Source of the DNA: Balanoglossus misakiensis
Taxonomy: Eukaryota; Animalia; Hemichordata
DNA: 64,000 bases
Direction of reading: 5' to 3'
Assembly: GCA_040954595.2 (NCBI GenBank)
Contig: CM082596.2
Span: forward strand, 4,546,181-4,610,180
The notes beneath the pieces are model-generated. The model searched no databases. It was not told where the DNA came from and was given only the letters and a program-made list of their open reading frames with translations. Positions 44,724-59,411 of the stretch are shown piece by piece; position 1 is the stretch's first letter; every line of letters starts with the position of its first letter. Position numbers and translations under genes: made by a program.

Positions 44724-45816
44724 GGGACTGTCCAGAATTTACTTCCAGGGTGGGGCTGGAGGATTTCTTATTTTCCTGGTGATTTTTTTCCATGGCCCCC
44801 CCTTGTAAATTGTGGAGGAAATCTGTGGCCCCCCCCGTAAATTTCATGTTTTTTTTCCATGACCCCCCCCCCCCAATATATACATGCATGCTTACTGGTA
44901 CAGACTACGACACATACAGTCTGATAAGGCTGCATTTACAAACACCTCTGGAAGGGGGGGGGAGAATTAAATTTTTTTTACCGTTAATTTTCACATGCCC
45001 CCCGTACACAACCCGAAATATTTTCAATCCCCTCCTTCCGAACAGCTTAAAATTTTGAAATCCCACCCCCCATTTTCTTTTTTCTTTCACACAGCAAAAC
45101 ACATCACCTATCTTGTAAAAAAAGAAACCAGCGCTCCCATGAGAAGAATTTGAAACTGATGTTTTTCCTCATCAGTGGATATTAAAACTGAACATTGTTT
45201 ATATTTGTTAAGTATTTGTATTCTGTGTTGGCAGATATTGTAAACCGAGAAGTGAAGGGGGTGGGTTTGGGAGGGGGTGTCCCCCTCCCCTGTAAGAAAA
45301 TTTTATAAAATACAGAGCTCAAAGCTGCATTTTAATGAACCCAAAAGCAAATTAACTTTTTATATACATATATGAATGATTGATGAGAAAATTAACGAAT
45401 TCTAGTCTGGACTTGAATTGAGCTCGTCAACAGTAACAACACTGACTGTTCACTGTACATTTATGGTCTGTGCTGGCAGGCCAAATACTGGGCATTTTAT
45501 TATGCTTCACAGAGTAGAACAAGAAACTGTAGTAGATATACAAAATAACCCACCGTAAAAATTACCGGAAATTCAAGCTTATGAAGATTTAATGCACTTG
45601 CGGAGTTCATCTGTCATCCAGGTAGCCATGCTGGTTTGTTTCTTATAAATCAGTACTTCTGGGCAAATATTGAGTTTGTGAGGGTTTTTTACATGGCCCC
45701 CCCTAAAGGATTGTGATATTTATGTCTGACTCCCCCTAATTTTTCTTGGGGAAAATGGGTGGCCCCCCCTGAAAATCCTCCAGCCCCCCCCCTGGAAGTA
45801 AATTCTGGACAGTCCC
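44724..45816. mobile_element. 1.09-kb non-autonomous DNA transposon with 44-bp TIRs and TAA TSD (PIF/Harbinger-like)
   Basis: TAA|GGGACTGTCCAGAATTTACTTCCAGGGGTGGGGCTGGAGGATTT … AAATCCTCCAGCCCCCCCCCTGGAAGTAAATTCTGGACAGTCCC|TAA (1 mismatch). TGGCCCCCCC motifs recur near both ends. No transposase ORF. Confidence 0.88.
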
Positions 45817-46315
45817 TAATTATTGCAATCTGTTCACGAGGTCGACATGCCCAATCGACATGCCCAATTCCAGGTCTGCCAATTCCCACCAGTGGTGGCG
45901 CTGTGATCAGCTCACGTCCGGCGCATGCGTCCGGCGGCACACACACAAGCAGTGCAGTGCGCTGAGGGCGACCTCTTTGTTTCTATTTGAAAAGTTGTCA
46001 TACAAACTCAGAAACTCACTGAATTGTCCTCTCGCCCAACTATGCCTCTTGCCATAAAATATATTGAAATATTGGTGGGAAAGTAAATTGAAAAAGAGAG
46101 AAATAAACTCAAGGGCCATCAGTTTGTTTTCCCTCTTCTCTTTCAAGACACCCTCTTGCTTTGAAAAATAAATGACAGAAAAGGTTTGAAGTTGAAAATG
46201 GCCTTATTATCACTTTTTCCACAAGATACAAAGTGGCAAAACACCAAAGGGACTGATAGACAATATAGCAAAAGAAGCAAGACAAGAACACTGATTGAAA
46301 TGTACTAATAAGTGC

Positions 46316-48789
46316 TTTATTTCAACTGTGATGTTTTGTGTGTTCATTTCAACAGAACCATGGTATCTCTGCCAACTGTTTCTGATTTGTAACATTTCTA
46401 GAACGTCAGTCATTTACACTAAAACTAATCATGCCAGTAGGTCTCGGCTTCTTTTTTTATAAGGAATACAAATATAAGTCCAGTATAAAAATTGATGAAT
46501 ACAGAAATGACTGCAGGCTAGTTATCTCATTTTTGACTTTCTTTTTTTAAAATTATAAGAACAACTAAAAATTACACAATATTGTACAGGTAAAATTGAA
46601 ATGTACATGATTAGACCACCTAGACTTTATGCGCGATGAAAAGCGGTATTGTCATCGGCATGGCAACTACTTATCTACAAAACTAGCCAGGTATGCATGC
46701 AAGTCCCTGTTTGCCGCACCTCTGACCTCATTTGCATAAAATATGCGTAGCTTCTCTCATTCTCCAAAAAAACAAAAATCACTTCTTTGTGGTTGAGAAG
46801 CTTTTATATAAATACACCCCAGAGAATGAACGTCATCTTGTCCATTCTTGGCGGGATGGACACTACATGCTGTCGATGTCTCAAATGTAGAAAGAAAAAT
46901 CGATATCAATACATGCCCTGTGCTAGAAAAGACAAAAATGAAAGACAGGCACAGTTTTCTGAAACTAGCTGAGCAGATTCAGTGAAACTGACATGTAAAC
47001 ATTCGTTTCCATTTTCCCTTTCCACTGCAAAAAACTTCCCCCAATGTAAATCTTTCACAAGACAGCGCCCTCGCATGACACACACACACACACACAAAAA
47101 GAACCCCACCAGATCCAGGGCAAGTCGTTTTCGCACGTTTCCTCCACCATGCCCACCCCCGCATTCCTGACCTTTGGAGAATGACCTATTTGTATCCACT
47201 GGTGGGTGATTCCACTTAGCTGGCATGGAGGGGGCAGCACTGTCCGTGTTTATGTACATGTACCGAGTGAGCGTATGCGACAACGTATTGATGAATAGAA
47301 ATTAGCAAAAAAACATGGTTTTCAAAAATTGGACAAGTTCTATACATAGTAACAGAAGCATCCTTCCGACAAACGCATGTATTGCAAAGTCTAGAACTGA
47401 AGATGTTGGTATTATTTTTCGACCAAACACGGGTGGGCACCAGGAAGGTTTCTCAGGTTTGTATGTAGGGTTTCAAAATTTCCTTCGCATAAAAACCAAT
47501 CATGCAAAATCAAATTTCGCAAAAAACCCAAGCACTGTATACCTTTTTGGCACGCCCCCGGCTCAGCCATGTGATAGGAACTTGCAACCAGCAGAGCAGA
47601 ATTTGTGGAAATGACCAAAACGGGCTTTCTATTCATTTTTAAACGCTTAAAAAAAAATACTCCGTAAAAACCTACAGCAATGGCAGTGGTTGAGATTCTG
47701 TGTCACCCAGAATCCTGAGTGTCAGCAACATACAGCATGTTCAAACCTCACATGCTTCCCCTAGAACCCCTTACATTGTGACCCCTTTTCTATATAACTT
47801 ACATAAAACTCACACCCCCTCCCCACCTTTTTACACCCCCCCCCCTCCCGAATGCAAACCCCCTGAAGCCCCACCTGAGCAAATCTAGTGTCTCCCCTCA
47901 ACGGCAAAGCTGTCATCCATAGGGACAACTCCAGTGTATTTACTCAACACTCTCACAGAAAAGCAAACTAAAATTATAAATTAAGATATGTTGTGACCAC
48001 TGCATATTATCTCTACAAGCTGCAAAAACCCAACCTACAGCCCTGCGACCTGCATGTGGTTGGCTAGTACTCATTAGTGGCGTTGAGGGCGCTCTGAAAG
48101 CATGTGTGTGCTGTATTGTTTATACATGGTTATCCTTGTACATAACTCTGTACCACTTAAACATAAACTATATATAAAAAAACATTTGATCACATTTTGC
48201 ATTTGACTCTCCCGAAAATCAATGCTAGCTATGAAATCAAACATGAAAATAAAAATTCATGATTAAACGTAACATTATCACTGTAAGCAACCGAGATACA
48301 CCGTTGCTTTTTTTCGGAAGAATGCGGAAAAAATCACTAAAACCTGTCTCTACAACGAAAGCCTAAGTTAAACGGTATACAGCAGTATACAATTATCTCT
48401 ACTGTCACTTTATGCTTTACATAAACAGATGCCCGGCTCCATCTAGGGTTTGATACAGGCTCCAAAAATCTTATCCTAAAAGTAGATATAAAAAAAAAAA
48501 TTCATTCATACATAAATTTTCCAAGTTTTATTTACGGAGCTCTGTTAACTCAGTGGAAATTTGGAACTGTATCAAACCCTGGTTCTTGCCGGATAAGAAT
48601 TTTAAAAAAAAATTATATATACAATATTGCAGTTGGAATTGCAAGCCCTTGCAGTCTGAGTATAGTGGGTGTGGTGAGAGACGGTATATTCAAACAATTA
48701 AATATACAGTTTCCCACCCAGTTACACAGCTCGTTAATTGTATCATTGTCTCACACAGTGAAATGGACTTGCTCACTCAATCACCGGCT

Positions 48790-48826
<37 letters not shown>

Positions 48827-49034
48827 CATCACACGCACCATACTGGCATTGCCTCTGAGCAGCTCGTACCGCACATATTTTTTGTTCCTTCCTCCCTCGG
48901 GGTCACACACATTTTTTTTTGTTATGTTTAAGTAAAACAGCATCAGGTATGGAGTAACCCTGTAGGGGTAAATGTGCAAATAAAGGAGACAGCAGACACA
49001 AAGAGAGTCGACGGGCTCGCTTATTCAGTCGGCA
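46316..49034 (-). other. Probable long 3'UTR of SPRED
   Basis: No coding signal. U-rich on the minus strand, with AATAAA (minus) at 46316-46321. The true end is unknown. Confidence 0.35.
48795..48822. repeat. (CA)n microsatellite in the SPRED 3'UTR
   Basis: Run of CA dinucleotides. Confidence 0.9.
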
Positions 49035-52000
49035 TCATACAGCCTTGTGCCTGCCACCACAGCAACCACACGAGGCGCCACACTTGTGGCACAACCGCAG
49101 AGGGAAATAGCACCAGAGACAAGGTACCAGAAACGAGAGCGCCGTCAGCCCGGCCCACCGGCGCCAGAATTGTTCGTCGCTCGTGTCGCACGAGCACGTG
49201 TCCCCGTAGTCGCCATCCGCGTCCGACATGCAGTAGTAGAGCATGCAGGAGGCGCAGCTGACGCAGGTAACTTTGTTTATACACTTGCCCATCTCGTCCG
49301 GCGCGTCGGGGCAGTTCCCGCACGGGTTATCGTCCGGGTTGAAGAACTGACTGCAGTAGATGCAGCGCGCCCGCTGCGTGAATCCGTAGTCAGTCACTTT
49401 GTGTCTTTTGTCACCTAGCAACGGTGGGGGTTGAGATGTCACAACGCTCGATGCCTTCTTCAGCTCCTCCTCGCCCTTCCACGGGTCCTGCCGTATCGAG
49501 TCCATTGTCGGGTAGCTATACTCGTGTATGCTGGGCGCCGTCTTCTGGAATTGCACGTAACAGTCCGAGACCTCGTCTCCCGTCTCGATCTCCTTCTCCT
49601 TGCCGTTGCTGGTGCTGCTGCGCTCCCGGGCCGACGAGTGTTTGACCCAGATCACCTCCTGCAGCGTCTGGGGGTTGGGCTGGGGGGCGGGGGCGGACGG
49701 CGTCCGCTTGGAGGAGGGCGGTGGCTCCTCCGACGACTTGCCGTTGCTGCCGCTGCCGCCCCCCGTCGTCCCCGTCTTGTTGTTGTTGCGCGACACGTAG
49801 TGGACTCGGTGCAAATGATGGTGATTGGCGTGCGGATGATTGAACTGGTGGAATCCCAGCAGCAGCGGGTCTCGGATGTCACTCTGGCTTCCGTCGTACC
49901 TGGTGTCCAGGGGCATCGGTTGTACTGGTTCGCGGGAATCTGGCAGTGGATCCAAAGACTGCAACACATACGAGAAAAAACACACACAAGTCACCATTAT
50001 GTCCTGATACTAAAGGGACATTAGCTGTAACTTTTTCGCTTTATTTTCAGTATTTTTGTTCGGCGTATCAAATGCAATGTCTTGTTCTACTCCACACAGC
50101 ATGCTAATATTCCCAGTATTCAACATAGCCTGTATGTGTATAGTGGCCATTGGTATCGTCGACAAAATCACTGTGAGAAAAAGGTACAGTACTTACAACA
50201 AAAACATCATCGTCACCCATGTCATCAGTACCTTGGGTTAAAGAACAATCAGTGGAGCCTACATACAAAAAGAAAAAAAAGAACATGTCATTGTTGATGA
50301 CACAGTCTCCACTGGAGTATAAGATTACAAAAGAACATTGGGAGAAATTATTGACAAATATTTGACATGCACATGTTTCTCTTGGTGTATTTTCCTTTTG
50401 ACATGCTAAGAAATGTTAAAGTTTAATACAACACCTGAAACGAAAACGACAGCCATCAGTAGCATGTTCGAGGAAAGGCGCTGAACATGAAAAGTTTACT
50501 AAATAAATCACTCTATTCGAAGCAAGTCCAGTTTTTCTCTACCAAGATTTCCATCTCCACCACACCCTCGCAACATCTGGACACCCACCTACTATTCAAG
50601 GGAAACATCCCACAGATTTATAGCCACATGTCAGCGGTCAAAACTAAACTTCAACAGTTTCCAAGAGAGTACCACCCAACGCCTAACACACAGAAACCAC
50701 ACACCGATACTGTTTGTTCAATCGAATCAACATTCCCTGAGCTTTCCTCGTCCAGTGTTATTCTTTCCAAAATTATAACAATTCATCTCCGTTAATTTTT
50801 TGAAAACCACAGATATCACATGTTATTGATGGAGAAATAACTGTCATTATAAACGACGCAAGAAAACAGCCAACCCAGAGTTCATGTACCATAACACGAG
50901 GAAAACCTATTACTAAACCAGTCATGTGTACTTCCAGGAAAATTAATCTAGCTTATTTCTGTCTTTGTGGAAAAACAAACGTTTTATAGCCAAGTGCCCA
51001 CCCACAAGGAATCTGCAAGTGTGGGAAGCGCTATTGCTACCCTCTGTCTCCACGTCTTAACTTATGCCTCGGAAATACCCAAGCAAGAGCTGGCTGTTAG
51101 AAAATGAATTGGACACTGAGGCTGCCGTAATGCATAACAACAACAAAATCACCACCAACAACAACAACAACACCACCACCATCAACAAACAACAACAAAA
51201 TTATTACGGACAAAACAACGTCATTTACCATTATCCAAGACACAACTCACGAGAGGAAAAAAACACTGTGACAAAATGAGATGGATTTTTAAACATGCAC
51301 CATTACTAAGCCAACACTTAAGAATTATTTCTTGTGGGTTCTGACACACACAGACATTATTTTAAATACAATAATTGCACAACTTGGGGTGATAGGAAGG
51401 ATTTGAACAGACAGACACCGAGTCTAAATTATGACAAAGTTTCTAGATATGAAACAACTTCTTTGACTTACCACATGCAAGAGTTCCGAGTGGCAGCACA
51501 AAGAAAATGTCACATGAATATAAAATGATTTATTAGTAGCTGTTGTAAGAAGTTATTATTATTATAATTATTATTATTATTATGATAGAAGACAGAGAAG
51601 AATTTAAAAAGACTACAATGGCTGTGTGATTAAACTGAAATGATAAATACAACCATGGTTAGATTCTACACTGAGTGGAGTCCTAATCTATGCATAAGTA
51701 CTGCGCTGTCCTGTGTCATTCTAACATCCAATCAAGTGTTCTGGATCAAAAAAGATATTGGCATCGATGGGAGTCTTTGGAAAACGAGTATCCCCCGATT
51801 TCGGTCAAAGTAGAGCGTGCCAACCCCACTCTAATTTATCACCCTTCTGATCTGAATCCCAAGCGATAAAAAATAATTCATGGGGAGGGGTGAGCCTTCC
51901 ATCACCCCCAACAAGTGGCAACGCTGATATGCCAGGTCAGAGGTCATCACCTGGGCGATCTCGGTCTCTGAAATATCCCCATATTTGTTTTTATTCCAGT

Positions 52001-54755
52001 AAGCACACCGAATGGTGAGACTTTGAACTTTTCAGACACTGCAAGGATCAGGGAGAGCAGCCATAAATTGTTCCAAACGCGACATTTGAACATTCCGAAT
52101 ATTAAACGACGCGGCTTTTTACGCTAATAATATCACCGGCCTGATTCTAAAACGGCGACAACAGAAAACAAGACCATACACATGGCATGGAAGATATACT
52201 ATCGAGTTCTAAGGACACGACTGTCTGAATTTTAATTGTGGTGTTACATTACAAAAACCATTTGTGCAATTATTTTTTTATAAATATCTTTTCCAAGGCA
52301 ACTGTCAGTTCGGGACTGATTTATTATGAAGCTAGTTGTTGGAGACAGCGACACAGGGCTGCATTAAATAGACACCAGACTTTGGGCTTCATGCGAGGAA
52401 ACCACATAATAGGAACTTTCTCTCAGAACTTGAGAAGCCTCACGCATCGTCAAGGAAATCGCGTGATAGATGTACTCCCCTTTTTCCATAAAACAATGAG
52501 ATATTTTGTAATTACATAAAAAAGGGAAATGGGTTATTAAGTTTGTGCTTGACATGTCCCGTGCTAAGGAAGTCTGAGAGTTTGTCAGGAAAGTAACTGT
52601 GTCTGTCATGGGATGTTGCGCAAGTTTTGTATGTATGGGATGGGAGGAAGTCAAAAGGATACTGTTTATGTTGCCATGTGGTTTCTGCGAGTACATGGAG
52701 TACTGCAAAATGGGAAATTTTCACGACAGGAAATTTTCGCGATACCAAGAGGAAACTGTTGCGCAATGATTAATTTTTCGCATTCTCGTATTTCTCTGCA
52801 TCGGTATCTCCGAAAAACATTTTTTACCCAGCTTTGTCGAAGGAAGTCCTTGTCAGTGTCAGAGTACATGGGAAATGCATCAATTTGGGGTCCATGGGAT
52901 AGAGCAGCAGAGGGGGTGTGACCTGAGTGCACAGTAAGGTCACAGCAGATAAGATACAAAGTCACCTCAGGGGTCGCGACATGGGTACGTGAGGCATGTC
53001 AGTTTCTTTAAGACGCTTTACGTCCCTACATGTGCAGTTTACAAGATCATATTTCCACAAACTTTGACTTTTCTCTCTCCCAACCTCTGATATTGCACGT
53101 TCTTGTTGAAAATATCGAGTGTATCATTTTTCAGGCCCTGGGAACACACCCTACCCCCAAACAATGTCAGCTAAAAATAATCTTCCAGAAATCGGCTACA
53201 AACTGCAAATATCATAATCGGAAAATTTTTAGAATCACACATTCTGGCTGGAAGTACACCATATCAACAGCAATATCAAACAGGACAAAAGTCAGCATCT
53301 CCTCAACTTTGGTTACTTTACTTCATACAAGAAGTTATTACTGGGAAAAGTTCAGACCCCTAGTCACACAAATGTGAACAAAATATGATAATACCTCAGA
53401 GAAATATTTCCAGGCATATCAGAATTAAGTACAGTAGATCCTCACTTCAACATGAATTTTTAGATCCACGGCATACACTGCAATTAAGTGAAGGCCTGAC
53501 TTTGGAAAAATGCAATGTAATCTCGAAATGCAGCGCCTAAACTGAGATGCAGTGTGCATCAGCAGGAACAGCCTGACCTGAAGAAGTTTCCATCGTGAAC
53601 CAAGAATGAGTCATAAAAGCCCCCCCCCCCCTTCCCCGTAAAAATAAAAGACCAGGTCCATTTTTTTCATTTAGCAAGTATTAACTACAGTCAAACCTGT
53701 CTATAGTGGCCAGTCAAGGGACTTTCCTAAACTGGTTTTTATAGACAGGTCAATTAATGTGCATGTACATGTGAATTGTACAGGGACTGTAACACAGTGA
53801 GGTGGCCACTAACACAGGTTTGACTGTACCTTTTCCTTGCAAATCAAGTTTGTACTGACCATCCATGAGGTCCTCAATGGCCCTCTTGACGCCCCTGTCG
53901 AAGGCCCTCGCATCGGCAGTACTCTGAAAGGTCAGCCCGAACCTCTTGTCGTCCGTCCTCCAGTGGTGAAACACGGGGTTCACTTTTGTGTAGGTAACAT
54001 CTTTCCGTAACATGCATTCCAGTACCACCTGAGGCTGTGACAGTTTGGAAAAAAGTGGGAAAACGGAAACACCGGAATTTAAAAATCTGGAAGTTGTCTG
54101 TCAATATGCTGCAATTACACTGGACAAAAACACACAAGTGTGTTCTATGTTCAGGCTGAAATATTGTAGTTGAAAGAAGCATTGAGTCTGCACAATATTT
54201 TCTGGGTCTTACAATCAAACTGATAGGACTATGTCTTAAATTCAATTGTGTGTTGATAAATCTCACTATATAATGGCAATGAACTTGAATGTGGCCAGAC
54301 ACCACCTTCTCTGGCATTGGGCCTTCCGAACAGCGCCCCCACATGACAATGTTTGGCGGCCCTTCACGTCACAGCAAATACATAGATACATCATTTCTCT
54401 TTGATAAAGTGAAATTCATACTTCACAATGAAAGCTGGGTTTGCTAACTAGGCCGTATTTGGGCTGTCACTTTGTCTGGGACAAATGACATATCGGATTA
54501 AATATATGTGTCTCCGAAATATTATCAGACATGTGGGGGGGGGGTCACGGGGTTGTCACCATGACAGCCAAAAAACTTACAGACTGATCATCCATCATGT
54601 GGCCGTAAATAAGGTACTCGTTCTTCCGCGAGATGTCATCGTGTTGGATCTTGTAGACACCAACCACGCTGAGGGCTCCACCTGCCAGGGGCGACCAGCC
54701 GCCTGTCGAGTCATCTCGTGCCATGACCAAAGCTCGAACTCGAACCAAACTCTCA
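49035..54755 (-). CDS. SPRED: Sprouty-related EVH1 domain-containing protein (SPRED); exons 54581-54755, 53860-54028, 50197-50258, 49035-49958; first exon not located
   Basis: EVH1: [21 protein letters not shown]…[46 protein letters not shown]. Linker: GDDDVF. C-terminal Sprouty domain: RARCIYC…CPDAPD…[16 protein letters not shown]…[14 protein letters not shown]…[11 protein letters not shown]. Splice phases are consistent. Confidence 0.95.
53688..53826. mobile_element. 139-bp MITE with TA TSD (Tc1/mariner-pogo-like)
   Basis: TA|CAGTCAAACCTGT…ACAGGTTTGACTG|TA, 33 bp inside a SPRED intron. Confidence 0.85.
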
Positions 54756-57700
54756 CTGAAACATACAAAGAGATACACAGTTAACGGTATTGGCCATTTG
54801 TAATACCATAGCCGTCATAAGCCAATTTTAATGTTTAGTGTTACATATTAAGTTTTTAAAACACAAATTTCTATTAAGAATTTACTACAGTTCCCTGATG
54901 TTCTTCAATACAAAATTTTGCTGTCAAGAAAGTTCTTTCTGCGATACTACATTACAAATCTGTCACTAGAACCATCAGAAAAAAAATTATATCTAAAAAA
55001 ATCCTTTTTTCACTAAAAATAAAACAATTTGAGGAACAAGCTCTATAATCATTTTCATAGTATTTATGAAATGACAATGGGTAAGTTTCAGTACCCATTG
55101 ATATTTCGAAATGAACATGCTGAGGCGTGAATTTCCATTGGACGGACTATAGCTGTGTACAGCTAATCTTATCAATACTATGATACTCTTGTGCCCCATT
55201 ACACAACCATGTTATCACACACACATATACACACACACTGATCACCCCGAATCTAACTCGCTTGTTTAGATCGCCATTCACCATCACTGAAAACCTCCAT
55301 ATCATATTAATTATGCATGTACAATTTGCTCTATCAGCCCACCCACCGGTATCAGCATCTGCCCTATATATATATAAATCGGGGCGGTAACCGAGTCAGC
55401 AAAATTTCACTTCACTGCGCCGAAATATTTGGTGTGGGGTTATCCACAGTAACCCTTGGATGATGTGTGTACGCGTGTGTGGATCTGTATGTGTGTGTGT
55501 GTGTACGATCACAGACATTACGAGAAAGCCATCTGGAAGACGCGCAAGAACCACCCAAGACACAGCCCTGTGAAACTCAAACGATCACTGCCCCATTTTT
55601 AGAAGACCGAATTGCGACGACACTGACACACATAAAAAAAGCCCTTGATTGATTAAACCGAAAATCCAAACAACACGCCGCACTTTTTTCCTCCTTACTA
55701 CTCTTCCTGTGTTTTTGCTAATCAGCTGTGAAAATTTGCACTGTATTACTTTCTTCAATACATTATGTCGGAGTCTTACATGCATAATCAATGACTACTC
55801 AGGGTCCATCCAAGGTACACACACTTCCTCTGTCATTGTACATGTAGTTCCACACCACATAAAAGATTAAATTCCCCGCAGAAAAATGACAAAAATCGGT
55901 CAAAAAACACACCACAAAAATACAATTCTGAGGCTAGCATCCGTCAAGAAAAAAGTCTCCCTCTCCAAAGCCACTGTAGACACTACTCAGTCTAACACTG
56001 ACTATCATGGGCACAGTGAAAAAAAATAAGAAAAAATCCAGAAAATTAATTTTGTGACTATATTGCCACCAAATGGCAAAATTTGAACCCACGGTCGTTT
56101 TAGATATTTTTTCGTATTTAAAAAAAAATTTCTCGGCGTAATTAGAGCCCTGTCAGTGGGAGAAAATTAATTTCTAAATAAATTCTGAAGAGGCAGGCCT
56201 CTGAGTCACAAAACCTATCTGATGCCCCACAGAACTGTGTCATATGTTACATGTTCTAAAGAAATCTTACCATATACCTACAACGCACACCCTTGCCTGG
56301 TTTTTCATCGGATGAATATTTTGGGCCAGTGTATCCCCAAGTCGGGTCAAATTTTCACAGATCATGATTTTTATTATTTTAACTGCAAATTTCACAACCA
56401 TTTCTTGCCAAGAGGATCGCAAAGGGTTACCCGTACAGGTAGAGTTGGAATTAACTTGGATGGGACATCTTCCATTTTTTGACACTAATTAGGATCAAGA
56501 CAAAAATAAGAAAAATACAACAAAAAAATCCAGGAAACGTGTAAACGCAGTGTAAGATCTGAAATGAACACAATTGAACCCAGATCTCCGCCAACAGTAA
56601 TCATGACAACAGCAGAATCTTTTACAGTAACAAGTTAGTGTATTTGGCATATTATCAAACAACACTGACCCCCATAAAGATTAAAATATTCACAAATTTC
56701 TGATTAAGATCACTGCACAAGTTTTAATTTCTCTAGTAGCCAGACATTTTCTGTTATCAAAATTCCCTCTGTTTGTAGGTTTGAAGATGTGTTTTCCAGC
56801 AAAGTACATAACAAGTATATCCCTCAGATTCTGTACATATATTAAAATCAACACCTCTTTCAAGAGATGGTGACCACTGTACAGTTAAAATACACAATAT
56901 TTTGTATACATCTGGATCCTGGGAGGTATGTAAGACCCATTTCCTCGATGACTGACAATGCGAGCATTACTGACTTCATTATGAAGCATTAGAGTTGTAC
57001 TTTGACCAGCGGACCCCAAGAGTAGATGTTTGACTTAAGATCAAAACGGGCTCTCTTCAATATGCATTAAAGATGCATTGTCTGTTCTGCGAGAACCACT
57101 GAAAGCCAGAAAACAACACCCAGGACGATTAATCCAATAAACAGATTGTTGGTAGGAGGACACATGATTGTAACAGCTACACAGAACTTTGGAAACAAAA
57201 CATTACATCAGCTCGGGTCGATTTTAGATAAATCGGCCCTTTTCAAACACATATTACAGTTTCTGAATATGAAGTTTCCATTTCTACGTACTCTTGCTCT
57301 TACATCACAGAGGCAAATGTGCATGCAGTCTGAATCAATGGTGGATGATACAGGGAACTTGTTGGTGTGTCTTATGTACGTACAATGTACATGCAGAGTG
57401 GCCTATAGACACTCGTAGTGAACAGTGCAAAACAGAGCAGGTAAGTGAAGTACTGAAAATCATTGCCACTGGATGCGTTTCGGCTCGGAGTATTTAAACA
57501 CAGGTTTCAGACAGGAACAGACAACGCAAGGATAAACATGCAAGTCGTTTCCAATTACTGTGTCCTGAATTGTGGGACTCAACTTGTCATGTGTAGCAGA
57601 CAAAAATAATCTAACTGGTATTCATCATTTTTCCTTCCAGAGTTTTTGTACCACAAGAATTCATTTTCCGAGATTACACAGCATTTATATTACATTCTCC

Positions 57701-58074
57701 GAAAAGAAAATTCTACCTAGGGACATTCTTTCCTGGAAGTAAGTCATGGTGAACCTACCTCCCTATACCTGGGGGTTTCATTTTTTTTCGTAAAGGTCAA
57801 ACAACACACGCCAACTGATGCAAAATGGGTTGAGGTGACTTATACATTGTAAATTATTCTCAGTTTATTCTTAATAATTCGGAAGGCCTTCAGGTGAGTC
57901 TGTTACGGTGACTAGGAGACTGGGTTACAAGTACCTTGTAATCATGAAGTTTCATGTTTTTCCTATTTCAATCAAAGCAACATGCACTGCATATTTAACA
58001 TGGAGATCTAGAAAGGACGCGCTAAATCTCGGTTTGTGTAGTTGTTTATTGCCTGGCAGTGACAGATTCTAAAC

Positions 58075-58220
58075 TACTGTAAAACGGGAAATTTTCGCAA
58101 ACAGTAAATTTTCATGAACTTTGCGAGAGCCCCCCAAAAGCGCGAAAAAAACACCAGTTGTGTAAAATGTTTATCGGAGATAACGATGCAGTTAGTAAAA
58201 TACAAGCACGCGAAAATTAA
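58075..58220 (+). mobile_element. Left part of TACTGTAAAACGGG-family MITE (another fragment at ~52701)
   Basis: TACTGTAAAACGGGAAATTTTCGC…AACTTTGCGAGAGCC, shared with copies at 63011 and 25800. Confidence 0.6.
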
Positions 58221-59411
58221 GAAATTCGATTCCCCCTTCAAGGTCAGCGAACTTGCCACAAGAGGGCACTGTGTCATTTCTTGGTGGACGAGTTGCGCGA
58301 AACAACAACACCGGAAGGAGAAGGCTCGTTGAAAGAATTTCAACATACTTCGCCGTTCTTTATGGCCGAGGCAGGAATGTGTCAGCTGCAGTAAAAACAT
58401 CAGGTCAACTCGTCACCTTCCATATAATTTTTTTCTCTTTCAAAACTTGCCGTACTGTGTACATGTACATGTACGCACACTCAACGACAGACTAGAAATC
58501 AGCACACACCAACGAATGTTGACACCTCATTAGCATAATGCCAATGGCAGATCTCTCTCTCTCTGCTGTGACCTTGATTGGGTGAACATTGCTAACATTT
58601 GCCAAGAGCATCCTCCACACTTGCACAACATCGGCTATATTTACACCACTCTGAATTACTGGTGCTTCCCTTCAAGGTCGGGCTGACCCGAACCGAAGGC
58701 CCCGAACCCCGCTCAGCACTTGACAGATGTCTCTACGCTTTCTCAATCCCTGCAAACTTCCTCAAACGTTCATTTGGGGGTCATTTTCTTCATTAAGAAT
58801 TCCATTTTTAAACGGATCCTTCAACTCAAGAAAACGGATCACCTTACTACGAAAAACACCGGAAAACTTGCAACTACTATTTGTGGATCCGCAGAACACT
58901 CTGATTGGTTTAACGGTTCAGTCGCCATGGAAAGTTGAGATCTGGCCAAATTCAAAACCGCCACAAAACTTTTTGATCACTTGACATATTACAATCGTGT
59001 CCCCCCGAATTCAAAACCTGCCAGATTTATCGGCAATGTCACAAAGTAAAATAAAAGTACGCACACTCATTTCTTCAGACGTGTCATGCATGAAGTTTAC
59101 GCCTGCACCCAGCCTTCACACTGATGAATCCATTCAAAACTGAAAGTGCTATATAGATTAATCACACCCAGTGAAAGACATAAATGAGATAGGGAGTGCT
59201 CTGTTTCTATAGCACATTGTTCAACGTACACCCACGTACAAGCGACAACACAATTGTGGTTCGCAAGAACTTTGGTTTTATACATTTGTAGTTGTCTTCT
59301 CTCTTGGCAGATGTTTCTCGTGCCTTTGGTTTGTTTGTTGGTCGTCAGTTTTGTACCTGACCCTTTCTCTGTCTGTCTATCTGTCTGTCTGTATGTATGT
59401 GTATGTATGTA

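Noticed and set aside
49021-50024. Overlapping plus-strand and alternative-frame ORFs over the SPRED last exon
   Set aside because: Shadow ORFs of a GC-rich coding exon.
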